Shown piece by piece: positions 37,791-50,400 of a DNA stretch of 64,000 bases. Every line of letters starts with the position of its first letter. Position 1 is the stretch's first letter. Location of the stretch: assembly GCA_023213395.1 (NCBI GenBank), contig CM041465.1, positions 218,495,741-218,559,740 of the forward strand, written 5' to 3'. The DNA comes from Cycas panzhihuaensis. Its lineage: Eukaryota; Plantae; Cycadophyta. The notes under the pieces were generated by a model, which did no database searches, was not told the origin of the DNA, and was given only the letters and a program-made list of their open reading frames with translations. Position numbers and translations under genes: made by a program.

Positions 37791-40700
37791 ATGACTTAAT
37801 CTGAATGGATTTCCTCTTTGGAAACTCAATTTATCAAGATGCAACATGACTTAGCTAAACTAATATTAGACCTTATAAACTTCACCAAATAGATTACATA
37901 TACAAGTACTTAAATCTCTAACTTTCTCTTGGTGGCTAGCTCTAACTTATCCAATGCATCACAAATTGGAGCATCCCGTGGTGGAAAACCACCTCCATAG
38001 GCTACATGCTAATAATCATTTAGTCATAAGATTATTATGCTAGCCTTTGACCCCAATCTCAATAAGGATATAGCTTATAATTAGATCAATAAATTAGACT
38101 CCTATTTTGCACTCAACCATCTATATGAAGTTGACTAACTAACTTTTGCCTTTATCCACTTAGAAGGCAAAGCTTACCATTGGTATAAATAGTAAACCTA
38201 AGAACACCTATATAATCAAATGTGGGATCTATTCTATAAATATTTTTTTGAGTAATATAAAGAGACTTGGAACTAATCATTCTTTAGACAATTGATATAA
38301 CTTTGATAAACCATGATAATTAAGGCCTATATAGAGGAGTTATAAGCAATCTAAACTTAAGTCACTTAGCCCTTGGATAAATAATCATTGGTTGAAACCT
38401 ACATAGCTGGTCTTATTGATTAAATATAAATGAGGCTAAAGACCAACTAGCCTCCTAACCTTCAAGATGCCATCAATTATACTAAATCTATTAAAAAGTT
38501 TGTAGTAGAGAGAGCATCTAGGCTAAACAAGACATACCATGGTTCACTTGCTAAAGGCCCAGAGAACCCTATACACCTCTAAGGCTTTGAGCTAAAGAAC
38601 TTCCTTAACAAGTAGTGTACCATCTAGCTAAACATCCAACCACAAAACAATCATCAACATAAATATGGATACCCTCCTATGAGGTTCATAAGCATTAAGA
38701 AGTTTATCTATATTCACAATATGTAGAGAAATGGTTCCCTAGATAGAATCATATATACAAAGCTAAAAAATTCATCTTCACCATGAACCTTGACTCAAAC
38801 TTCAATAATGAAACTAAAGAAGAGCCAACCATGGAACCCTCCCTACCTCTAAACCCTAAACTTGAAGAAATTCTATTTGTCATTTCCTCTTTTGTATGGC
38901 TCAATCCATTACATATAAGAGGAACCTTAAGGAAAAACCCATGATAATTTTGATAGATGGTGGCACATCCTTAAACTGTATAGACATTACAATAGCTAGA
39001 TAATTAAATCTTTTTATCAAATAAAAAATAGGCTTTAATTATTCTCTCATAGGCCACTGCTCCCTCCATTGTGTGAGTGTTATTCATAACCTTCAAGTCT
39101 AAATTGGCACCCATCAATTTAGGTTAGAATTTTATGCTATACCCATTAGGGGATTTGATGCCATATTAAGGGTTCAATGGTGATAACTACTAGGAACTTA
39201 TAGTACTAATAACTCTCCTAAGAACCCATTCATAATATTTAAAGACCATTATGGCTAAACCCATAAACTCTATGGCCTCTAATACCCACTTAACAAACTC
39301 ATTTCCCCTAAACAAATGAGTAAGCAACTCAATGGGAGAATTAGATATATTATCCATATTAATAGTATTCAACCACAATCTAAGGTTAACTTAGGTATCC
39401 ATTCCATTCTCACTAAATATAATTAGTCTTCTCTCCCCTATCCTATGGCCCTCCCTCAAATTATGGATTTTACCATGCTATCGATCTCAAAAATCCTCAC
39501 AATCTGATTATCTCATGCTTATATTGAAACTCTTACTTCCAAAAAAATAATATTGAGTGCATCACTAATGAATTGATTAATATCAACATCATATATTTAA
39601 GTAAAATCCCCTATGCAACTCCTATCGTACTAGTTTGAAAAAAAGATGGTTCTTTCTAACTTTGTGTTGATTATAGGAAACTCAATAAATTAACCATTAA
39701 GAATAAATTCTCCAACCCTTAAATTGATCATATACTAGATAAAATACATGGGCTATAACTTTTCCAAATTGGACTTATAATCTAAATATTACCAAATACC
39801 AATAGCCCTCAAGGATGGGTATAAAACTACTTTCAAACTCATCATAGCTACTTTAAATTTTAGGTTATGCCATTTGGGATATACATTACTTTAAATAAAT
39901 TTTCATCTCTAATTAATGAAAATTTTTCACCCTACCTTTGAAAATTCATTGATATATTAATTTATAGTACCAATATGCCCCTACATCTCTAGCATTTAGA
40001 AACTACCCTTTAAGTCCTCGCTCAAAACTAGTTATATGTAAAGATGTTAAAGTGTGAGTTTAGAATAACTAAATTGCAATACTTAGGCCACATCATCTTT
40101 GCATCTAAAGTATGAGTCAACCCCTATAAAATATCAATTATAATTTAGTGCTCCATCCTAAAGAGCCTAACCCAATTACTAGCCTTCCTTAGACTAATGA
40201 ATTTCTATCATTGCTTCATCAAAAGTTATGTATCCATAGTTGTCTCCTTAATAAACCTACTCTATAAATAATTTTTTAAGTGGATGCCAAGTATGGAGGA
40301 TGCCTTCAACCTTTTTAAAGTGCTCATAACAACCAAACCCATCCTCTCTACCCTTGGTTTCTCCTAGCCATTTAAATTAAAATGTGATGCATCTGATGTG
40401 TGTTTAGCATTTATCCTTATGTAGAACTTTCACCCTCTTACATTCAAAATTTAGAAGCTCAAAGAGCATGAATTTCATCTTTCTACTTACCAAAAAAAAT
40501 GAGATCCATCCTATATGTAATTAATAAGTGGCACCAATATCTACTTGGCTCTAAGTTTACCATTTTAAAGGACCGTGATAGTCTTTGTTACTTGCTAGAC
40601 CAACTAATTTTATTAGAGGAATAAGCTAAATGAGTTGATCAATTACATGTTTCTAACTTTACCATCTCATAGAAAAATAATAAGGATAATGTTGTCATGG

Positions 40701-42122
40701 AAGCCCTTTCCTGACTCCCAGATGAACCTACCATCTAAGCCATCTCTATGCCCCAACCTTCCTAGCTCCATGACTTGGCTAAGACCAATAAAGCCCAACC
40801 TAACTTTACCACATAGGTTAATAAGTTTCAAAACCATAAAGATTGGATCTTACACAATAACTACCTTCTTTATTAGAACTACATCTTCATGTACCTTACC
40901 TCCCTATTTATTACCTGCATCCTAACTGAATATCACAAAACTCCCCTTAGAGGCCACTCGAGATTTGATAAAAACTATCATCGAATTTAGTTAGATTTCT
41001 ACTAGCCCCATATAAAGTTTATCATCCTCACACATGTCTCTAAATGTGATATATGCCAATATAACAAGGTAAACACTAAGGCCTAACCTAACCTACTTTA
41101 ACATGTAAAGATCCCTTAGGGAAAATGATAAAACATTGCCATGGACTTCATCATAAAACTCCCGCTATCAACTAGGTATAAATTTATTTAGCTCATCATT
41201 GATTGTCTAACTAAATACACCTATTTCCTCCCTATCCATAATACTTACAAAGCCCCCTATTTGGTTGAACTTTATATTTAATTCATCTTTTGCCTCCACA
41301 ACTTCCCATTAACCATTATATATGATAGAGATCCTAAATTTAGCTCCTTCTATCACCCCCAAATAGATGGGCAATCTAAAATCCTCAATAAAACCTTAGA
41401 GTCATACTTACATTGCTTTGCCTTAGAGTATCAATGTCAATGAACCTCTTGGTTAGCCTTAGATAAGTACTGGTATAATTCTTTCCATCACTCCATGACT
41501 CAATTCATGGCCCTCTATAGATATCCCCTATAATCCCACCATACCTTGGCCACCAATCCATATATTGCTAGGGTGTAACAAACACTATAAGATATGGGTA
41601 AAATTCCCCACACCCTTAAATAAAACCTAGACTCTATGCAAAATTAAATAAATCAGCTAATGGATTGCTACTATTCTAATCAATCATTTAAAGTGGGTAA
41701 CTTGGCTTTTCTTTACCTTTAAGATTATAAGTAATAGTCTCTCTACCATCACAAGAGCTATAAATTAAGTCCCCAATATTATGGTCCTTATAAAATCACT
41801 TAATGAATTTGTGTAACTGCTTATGCCCTTGCCCTTCCCCAGGAGACCAAGATCTATAATGTCTTCAATGTATCTTACCTGATAAAATACTTAGGGAATT
41901 TTTTCACACCCTAAATGACCCTTCCTACCCTCTAAGAAGAAGAAACCCTTATAGCTCCCTCCATATATATTCTAAACATCTAAAATAGTTGTCTCTAGAA
42001 TAGAACTATTTCTAAGTATCTAGTGTAGTAGGCTAGTTATACACTTAAGGAAGCTACATAGGAATCTAATAACTTCACCAAGTAGCATTTGCATCTTCAA
42101 CACTTTGAGGAATTAGTATCTT
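37791..42122 (+). pseudogene. gag-pol: Gypsy E gag-pol with chromodomain, decayed
   Basis: HLEGKAYHW (gag, ~38157); LIDGGTS (PR, ~38950); LCVDYRKLNKLTIKNKF (RT, ~39658); KCDASD (RH, ~40380); IAMDFI (IN, ~41135); YHPQIDGQS; QYYGPYKI; NRTISKYLV**ASY..KEAT*E chromodomain (~42000-42065). Confidence 0.93.
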
Positions 42123-42135
42123 AGAGTGGATGACC

Positions 42136-42499
42136 TATTACGTAACCATTTAAGTGGATAACATATAAGAATCTAGCTGCAGAGTTAAGGTGGTATGGGT
42201 TAAGAATAATTATTGATAGGTCTGCATGGGTCACATATCTCCATAAATAGGATCAAAGGCTACATGTGCCACCAATGGGATACTAAGAAATAATGACCAC
42301 TTCTATCTATTTAAGGCCATACATTTATAAAGCAAGGACTTATATGATCATTTCCTCTTCTAAAGGATTATATTCATGTACATTTTCTCTTTAGTGTCCA
42401 TTAAGATTTCTAGCAATCTGAATGTAATCTATAGTGTTACATTAATAAGTGTTCTCTTTCTATCCATTTAGAATGACAATTATAGGTTAGCTCATAACA
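42136..42499 (+). repeat. 3' LTR of Gypsy E
   Basis: Ends CATAACA, followed by TSD AAGGG. Confidence 0.93.
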
Positions 42500-42504
42500 A
42501 AGGG

Positions 42505-43716
42505 AATGTACCAAATTTGTGTTTGATAGATAAAATAACTTATAGAAATGGGGATTATACTTAAGGGAATAGAGAGGGAGAGGGGGGGTGTAGGGTGTTT
42601 ATAGCCTATTAACCCTAAAAATAGGTAAGAGAATCGCTTATTAAATCTGAATGAGTGTATAAAGTTCACTATAATGGTATAAGCAAGAATAAACTAAATC
42701 CTTTTTACTATGGAGCACACAAGTGCCACATAAGTAAATTTTGCTAAAAAATATTGTTAAAACTAATCTAGTGAAAACTGCTTAATATGATGTGTTGATT
42801 AAAATAAGATATATGAATTGATAAGACAATTTTTTTTGTCATGGTTTTCTTTTTTTTTTTTTTTTTTAATCATGAGTCCAATAGTATAGGTTTTGTAAAA
42901 AATATGGAAGTATTTATTGAAGTGATCCTATAGACTCTTTTTAACTCCCACTCTTTCTTCTTTTATATAGGATTAAAGAGGACTAATTAAGGGGTTTGGA
43001 GGACTAAATGCAATCAAACTTAATAGTGACTATGAGATGAGCTAGACTCAAGTGAAGTGAATATCAACTTTGATATAGACTAGATAGGATAGAGGCAATA
43101 TTGAAGATTTAGGAAATATCTCCAATGTTATATTTTTGGATGTTGATTGTACTAAAAGATCTTAAGAGCTAAACTATATAAATTTTATAGGAATTTAGTA
43201 AGTGCTACAATTTTATAATATTGCTAAGAGTTTTTTTTTTTATTTATTTAAATTTAGTAATAGGTTAGAGTCATTTTTTAAATCTTGCAATTAGGAATTT
43301 ATAATAGTTCTCTAATAGTATCGGTAGAAGTATAATAGTCTAAGGATCTTTGTATAGGATGCTCATGTGATGAATATTGTATAGGTGATAGGGGAACCTC
43401 CTAGACTTTAACAAATGAGTGTTTGGATCTATAAGCCCTGCAATAAACTTCCCTATCATTACTGTTGCTTGGCCTAACATCTTAGAGCACTAGGTATATA
43501 GGAATATGTGTCTCCATAACATTTACAATTTTGTAAGTGTGTTTACACAAGATAAATTTTAGGTACGAATTACTAACTTGTGTACCATAGAGGGACAAAT
43601 AACTAATAATATTCTTATGCTTAAGCTGGTAAGGGAACTTATAAGGGTCTTCCTATATACCTAAAGGTATGTAGGGGCCACTTCTATAGCTAGGTCCTAT
43701 CTAAATCTTATGTCAA
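42505..43716 (-). mobile_element. 5' leader of Gypsy C (displaced piece; continues at ~55368-55687)
   Basis: Reverse complement is colinear with the Gypsy E leader 30370-31380 (TTTTTAG.GTTAATAG.CTATAA; TTAGATAG.ACCTA.CTATAGA); 55371-55480 matches 30250-30370. Confidence 0.82.
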
Positions 43717-44773
43717 TGTTAGAATTAATATTTGTATATTAATTAAAGTATAATGATATCTTAAAAAGGTTATGCATTTATTTATTTATTTTATTAAAAG
43801 TTTATTGAATGCAACACAATCATATAAATTATTTTAATCTTTTTGCATTGATAAAAAGATTTAGATTTCATTATTTTCTTTTTGGTTTGTATCCCCTCTT
43901 CTTCTCAACCCTTTGTAATATTGATCTTTTATATGACCCTATTTTTTCATGTAAAATGGGCTTAACTCTTTATTATTTATCCCCCCTCTCTTCCCCCTCC
44001 AATTTGTTAAGAGGTAACATGTACATTTTCGGTAATATCATGATCATTTGAAGTCCAAATTCAGAACTGGAAGTTGCATCGGATTCATGACTCAGAGACT
44101 TTCATCTTGACTAGACATTTGAGCCATTCTAAAGTTGTTTTAAAGGTTAAATCTTCATCCAAAGTCAATAGAGTAGGTTGTAGCCAAGGTAAGTGTAGGT
44201 ATATAACTTCAATTATCAATTTTCTTTATATTTCCTTAATAATTTGAAGTTAATTTAATACTTTAATGATTAATTATTAAATTTATAAATTAACTACAAT
44301 ATTTAATCCCTTCCTTTTTAATAAATTCACTTCATCAATTAATATTAATGTGATTATTATTCTAATTTTAATAGCTTATAAATAAATTTATATTTTATAT
44401 AATATTCTCATAGATTTAATTTAATGTTTAATATTTATATTTGTAAACATATTTCTAAAATAATACAATCAATAAAAGTGATTAAAAGTGATACCCCCTA
44501 TTTCCTTTCAAATTATGTAGTTTATTTGTAAAACATCAATGTATCTTTATATTATTGTTATTAATTTAATATTGTTATATCTTAATTTGAAATGAAATTA
44601 TTATTTTAATATTTATTCTTTTATATTTTATATTTGTTGCTTGATTTAATATTATATTAATTTAGAAGTTTATTTAGTCATACACCTTATCTTTTTATTA
44701 AAGAGGATCTATAAATTATCTCATGTTATCTTTATATTTTTTTCATTTATATATACATATTTATTTTTCCAAA

Positions 44774-47172
44774 ATGGCTTTTATGCATGGGATCATCTCC
44801 TTTATTAAAATTTCAATTCTAAAAGGTTCAAATTATGTTAACTAGAAGGTCAAAGTATCTAACTAGCTTAAATAATAAAAGTTATAGTGGTATGTGACAT
44901 GGGAATTAAAAAAAACTTATAGGTACAACATCAAATGCATATTTTGTCTATCTAATAAATTGTGATAAAGCCCCAAGTACCATCCTAACCTCTCTCTCAC
45001 CAGACATATGTAGGAAATTTATTAATTTAGATAAACTTACCATTGTCTAGGAAACATTAAAAGAAAAGTATGATAAGGTTAACACCATACAAATTTTTAT
45101 ACTTGAATAGAAAATGTATGACTTAAAATATGAGGATTTTTCTAGGGTTGAGGAATTTCTATCAAATATTTAACTTATAAATATAAATCTAGGAAACTAT
45201 ACTAAAACAATCAAGAAAGATATTAAAACCATAACTATATCCCATACAAAAGATGATAATACACTTGTTTATCTTACTATCAGTGAACTTCTAAAGTCTT
45301 TTAACCAATATAAAACTACTAAATAGTAGTGTGGCCACTCCTTTCTTTCATTTGATTAAGCTTATAAATCAATTATTTGAATACTAGTCTATGCTAGTTC
45401 AAATAGGAGAAATCAAAGGTCATTCTCAAACTCTTTTCTTAAAATATCAAGTCACATAATAAATGAAAAAATTAAAATAATTATTAAAACTGTCATAATA
45501 ATAATCATAAACCTTAAAAATCTTATAAAGGTCCTTTTTAAAATAATAATTATAATCAAAATTTTAAACATTTAGGAATGTCTAAAAACTAAAACTTACA
45601 TCCAATACTTAGGCATTCATATCAAACGAAAACTACTTCTAAACTACATTATAGTCAAAACATCAGTTGTGGCTATTATTATAAAAAAGGGAATACTATA
45701 GATATTTATAGAAATAGGTTAGCATCTAAATCTTGAAAAGCTTTAAAAGGGATTTAATCAAGATCCCATGATTCCCTAACTACTCTTACTTCTATTGTTT
45801 TAGCACCTACATCACTACCACCTTCTTGGATACTAGATTCTGGTGCTTCTTATCACATGATAAGATATTAGGAATATTTGTCTACTTATCACCTAGGTTC
45901 TAATTCTGAAGAGAAAATCTCTTTTGGTAGTAGTTCCTAACTAAAAGTTAAAAGAATAGGTGATGTAACTTTAAAAAATAGTTATATCAATGATGTATTT
46001 TATGTTCCTAGTTTATTACCTAACTTGTTATCTATTTATCAGATTTTTCAGAAAAACCTTATGGTTGAATTCTAGAAAGATAAGTTCATTATCAAACAAC
46101 CATTTAATAAGTTGAAACCTATTGCTTTTAGACCTATCGATCATAAAAAAGGTCTTTATAGTTTAATAAATTTAACTCATTGAGTAAAATCTAAATCATT
46201 TACTTCTTTTATAACGCAGTCTAATCTTACTGGTAAGTTATGGTATGCATATTTTAGCCATATTAGCTATAGAAAACTATGATTTTTAAATCAACATGAC
46301 ATGATTTATGGTCTTCCTAGTTTATCTATTATTTATGGTATTTGTGAAGCTTGTATTTTAGGTAAATAACATATAGAATCTTTTTCTTATTAGACTACGT
46401 TTTGAGAAAAATCACCACTTAAACTTATTTATTTAGACATCTATAGTCCTTTTCAAATACTTTCATATTTTAACAATAGATATTTTATAACTTTTATTAA
46501 TAATTTCTTTAAAAAATATTGGATATACATGCTAAAAATTAAAGTGAAGTTTTTAATATTTTTGTTAAATTAAAAACCTTAGTTAAAAATAAATTCGACC
46601 TTAAAATTACAATTTTTAAATTAGACAATGCTAAAGGGTATTTAAGCAATAAATTTACATCTTTTTTGTAAAAAGAATAAAATCAAATTTTAAAATTTAG
46701 TTGCTTATACTCCCTAGAAAAATAATATTATCAAATATAAAAATTGTACATTAGTAGAAATGGCTATATGTATGCTATATGTAAAAAATTTAAACCTAAA
46801 ATTTTAGGTTAAAGCTATAGCTTGCTCTAATTATCTATTGAATAGATTACCAAATAAAGATTTAAACAATATTATGAGAGAACAAAAATAATTTGGCCAT
46901 AAACCTTTAGTAAAACATCTAAGAATCTTTGATAGCATTGCTTAGGCACATGTTCCAAAAGAGAAATATAAAAAACTTTATTTAAAAATCTCAAAGTTTA
47001 TCTTCATTAGCTACAAAGAAGAAAGCAAAGCATAGTAGTTGTTAGATCCTATGATGTATATTATTTTAATTAGGTATGATGTTAAATTTGATGAAGAAGG
47101 ATCTTCATCAAATTCTAATTATGATCAAATCCATCTTCTTATTAAGGACATTTTAACTAATAATGTTTTATC
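44774..47172 (+). pseudogene. gag-pol: Copia G gag-protease-integrase, decayed
   Basis: ILKGSNYVN*KVK (gag); SCGYYYKKGNTIDIY knuckle (~45665); WILDSGASYHM (PR, ~45828); CEACILGK (~46343); LIYLDIYSP; HLRIFDSIA*AHVP. Confidence 0.9.
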
Positions 47173-47419
47173 TTTTTTTTTTTTTGATAAGGTAAAATAG
47201 AATTAAAGGGGTTTTAACTAGGTCCCCAAACCCGATACATCAAGGCCAAACGGCGAGAAAAATGACCATGACAGCCCATGGTCTAACCCAAGATTTTATC
47301 TTTAGTCCTCAGTCTTCAATCTTCAGTCTACAGTCATGATTACCTCTTCCTTATGTGCATACATACGACCAATCTCAATAACTCACGGAAGTCCTCTTTC
47401 CAAACTTTTAATCTTTTAT

Positions 47420-50400
47420 TTGTCACATTGATTTGCCAACCACCGGTCATGCCGAATTGCCCTCCCTATAGGTATCTTTGAATCAACCTCCGCCTATCTC
47501 TCAAAAGATCCTTGGCATCCTCAAAAATATCCGTGTTCTCCCATCCCGGGTCCATTTCCCCTTTTAGGCATTTAATTGCATACATAGAGTCACCCTCCAT
47601 TATAACCTTTTGAACATTTTCCCCATCCGATATAAGCGGTGGCCTTGACGCCTTGGACCTCGGCTTTCTGGTTCGACTGAATCCCCAAGTATTCATGAGG
47701 CCCATCTCACGTTTCCTTCATGATCCCTGCATAGGCCCCCTCCTCCTGCCTCCCCGGGATTGCCTTTAGCGCACCATCAAAATTTACTTTTACCCAAGAA
47801 CCATCAGGAGGATGCCACTGACGTCACTCCTCTTTATTTTGACCCCTCGGGGCACTATACCCCAATCTCGATGATATCCTCTTCCCCACAGGGATCCTAT
47901 CCTCCTTAGGTCCTTCCATCATTTACGAGATGGCCTTTCGATTTCTAGTGCCACCATCGACTATCCTTTTCTTTACCTTGAATATCCTTACATTTCGTTC
48001 TTTCCGGATGAGCCAAGAGCCAACCGGCGGGATCATCTTCGAACTGGAAAGGGTTTTGCTCTTGAATGGCGATGTCAAGCGACCACTTGTTCACCAAGGG
48101 AATACGAGGTAACCCAGGCTAACCCCATCCCAGACCGTATGACATTCCAAATCCCCTCTGAATAAGGGCAGTGGATACACAGATGGTCCAAGGTCTCCAC
48201 ATCCATCTTGCACATCACACATCTATTCGCCAACTAAAAGCCCCTCTTCGAGAGGTTATCCAGTGTAAGTAATTTGTTTTGGAGACATATCCACCAGAAA
48301 GCTGCAATTTTTGGGAGGATCCCTAACTTCCAGGCCTCAGCCAACCTATCATTTCTTTCCCATCCCTCCCTGCTCATCCTCAAGTCATAGCCCGTTTTGA
48401 CCGTGTAAGAACCCGTGGCTGAGGGAGGCCAAACCAAGGAATCTGTGCCCATCCTCTTGAATATCTTTGTCTAAAATCTCTTTCACCACGAGGACCCCCT
48501 CCCCAAGACCCGGGACATCCTCGAACGATCTCCACCTCCTGTCCTTACCTTGTCCAACCCAATAATTCTTGACCAGAGTGCCATAGCGGTCTACATGCTC
48601 TCCTCATAGTCCCGATATTAGGCATATCCTCAAGCTTGAAGGGACCGCACCACCTATCTTCCCAAAACCTTATGCTTTCACCATCTCCCAACTTCCATCG
48701 CATACCTTCACACAGGAGGGCCCTCGAGGAACAGATGGCTTTCCATACAGGATCCCTCCATACAAAGCCCCTCCTCCAGTGAGAAAGTGCTTGTCCCCAA
48801 ATACTTTCTCATGATAATCTTCCCAGATCGATCCAACATCTTTGGGCTGACCTCCAACCCGTCTTAGCCAAAAGGGCTTCATTGAAGTAGTCCAATCTTC
48901 TCACATTAAGACCTCTAGCCCACTTAGGTCTACAGACCTTTTCCCAAGACACTAAGTGGAATTTCCTTTTCTCTTCAGCGCCTGACCAAAGGAATCTCTT
49001 CATGATTCCTTCCAGAGCCTTATGACCCTTTTCGAATTTGAATACCGACATTTGAAAGACCCAGTATGCTTTCGAGGAGGCCACCAACAATTGAATTTCC
49101 CCCACCCACTAAGGAGAGCCCCTTTCCAACCCGACTTCCTATTAAATCGCTAACCACTGAGTCCCACATATCCTTCCCCATCCTACCTGCAAAAAGAGGC
49201 ATTCCGAGATAAGAGCTAGGAAGGGAACCTCTGGCCACCTCCAGTAACCTGCAGATTTTACCTTGGAGTCTCTCTGAGGTGTTGATAAAAAAGGCTGAGC
49301 TTTTGTTCAGATTAATTTTTTGGTTTGTAGCCTTTTCATACGCATGGAGACCTAGTTTTAGGGCCCTGGCCTCCCTCAAGGAGGCCCTGCATAGGAAAAT
49401 ATTGTCATCAACAAACTGGTGAAGCACTATATTGTCTAGGTTAGAGGAGGCTCTCAACCCCATAATCCTCCCTATCCTCTGGGCCTCCAGCGTCGCCCTA
49501 CCTAGCATCTCCGCCATTATAATAAACAAAAAGGGGGAGAGGGGGTCACCTTGCCTCAGACCCCTCGAACCCACAAAAAAGGGGGTCGATCTCCCATTAA
49601 TTAATATTGAAAAGATACTCGAGATGCAGCACCTCATCCACTCCCTCCATATCTCCCCAAAACCAAAGGCCTCAAGGCACTCCAACAAGCAATCCCAGGC
49701 CACCCGATCATAGGCCTTAGACATATCTGTTTTGACAATCATACCAGCTTCCCTACGATGCAGCGTCGAGTGCAGGGTTTCATGAACAATTATAATGCCA
49801 TCCGTAATTTGTCTACCTCTGACAAACCCATCCTGGTTTGGGGATATGATGTCCGGAAGATACTGCTTCAGGCGATTCGCCAACACTTTTTCCAATATCT
49901 TATATTTAACGTTACATAGACTAATCGGTTCAAGTCTTCCATGACTTAGCACCCTCCTTCTTTGGAATCGGGGCCAAGAAAGTGGCTGCCATTCTTCGAT
50001 TGTGCTCTTGAAAGAATTCATTAAGAGCCTCAATGGATCATCCTTAATTATCTCCCAAGATTCTGGAAGAAACACGGAGGGAAGCCGTCCACAGAGCCTT
50101 ATCGCGGCCCATCATGAATAAGGCCCTCTCCACCTCCTCCTGAGAGAAAGGTTCTACCAATTTCTTATTCTGGTCCTCATTAATCAACTTCAGTATGTGA
50201 TGTAAGAGAGCCACCCTAAGGGCGGGGTCTTGACATCCCGGCTCTGTAAATAACTCCTTAAAATGTTCCATAGCAATACCCCCGATCTGATCCTCTGCTT
50301 TACTCACAACCCCATCCCTGCTCCAGATTTTAGAGATCCTGTTGTGAACCCTATGTCTCAAGGTAGACATATGGAAGAACTTCGTGTTTCTATCCCCCTC

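Larger units (their letters stand above)
29677..42499 (+). mobile_element. Chromovirus Ty3/Gypsy element (Gypsy E), related to Gypsy C and inserted antisense into its leader
   Basis: LTR pair 29677-30051 / 42136-42499; TSD AAGGG at 29672-29676 and 42500-42504; PBS TGGTATCAAAGT at 30054-30065; decayed PPT at 42123-42135. Confidence 0.94.
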
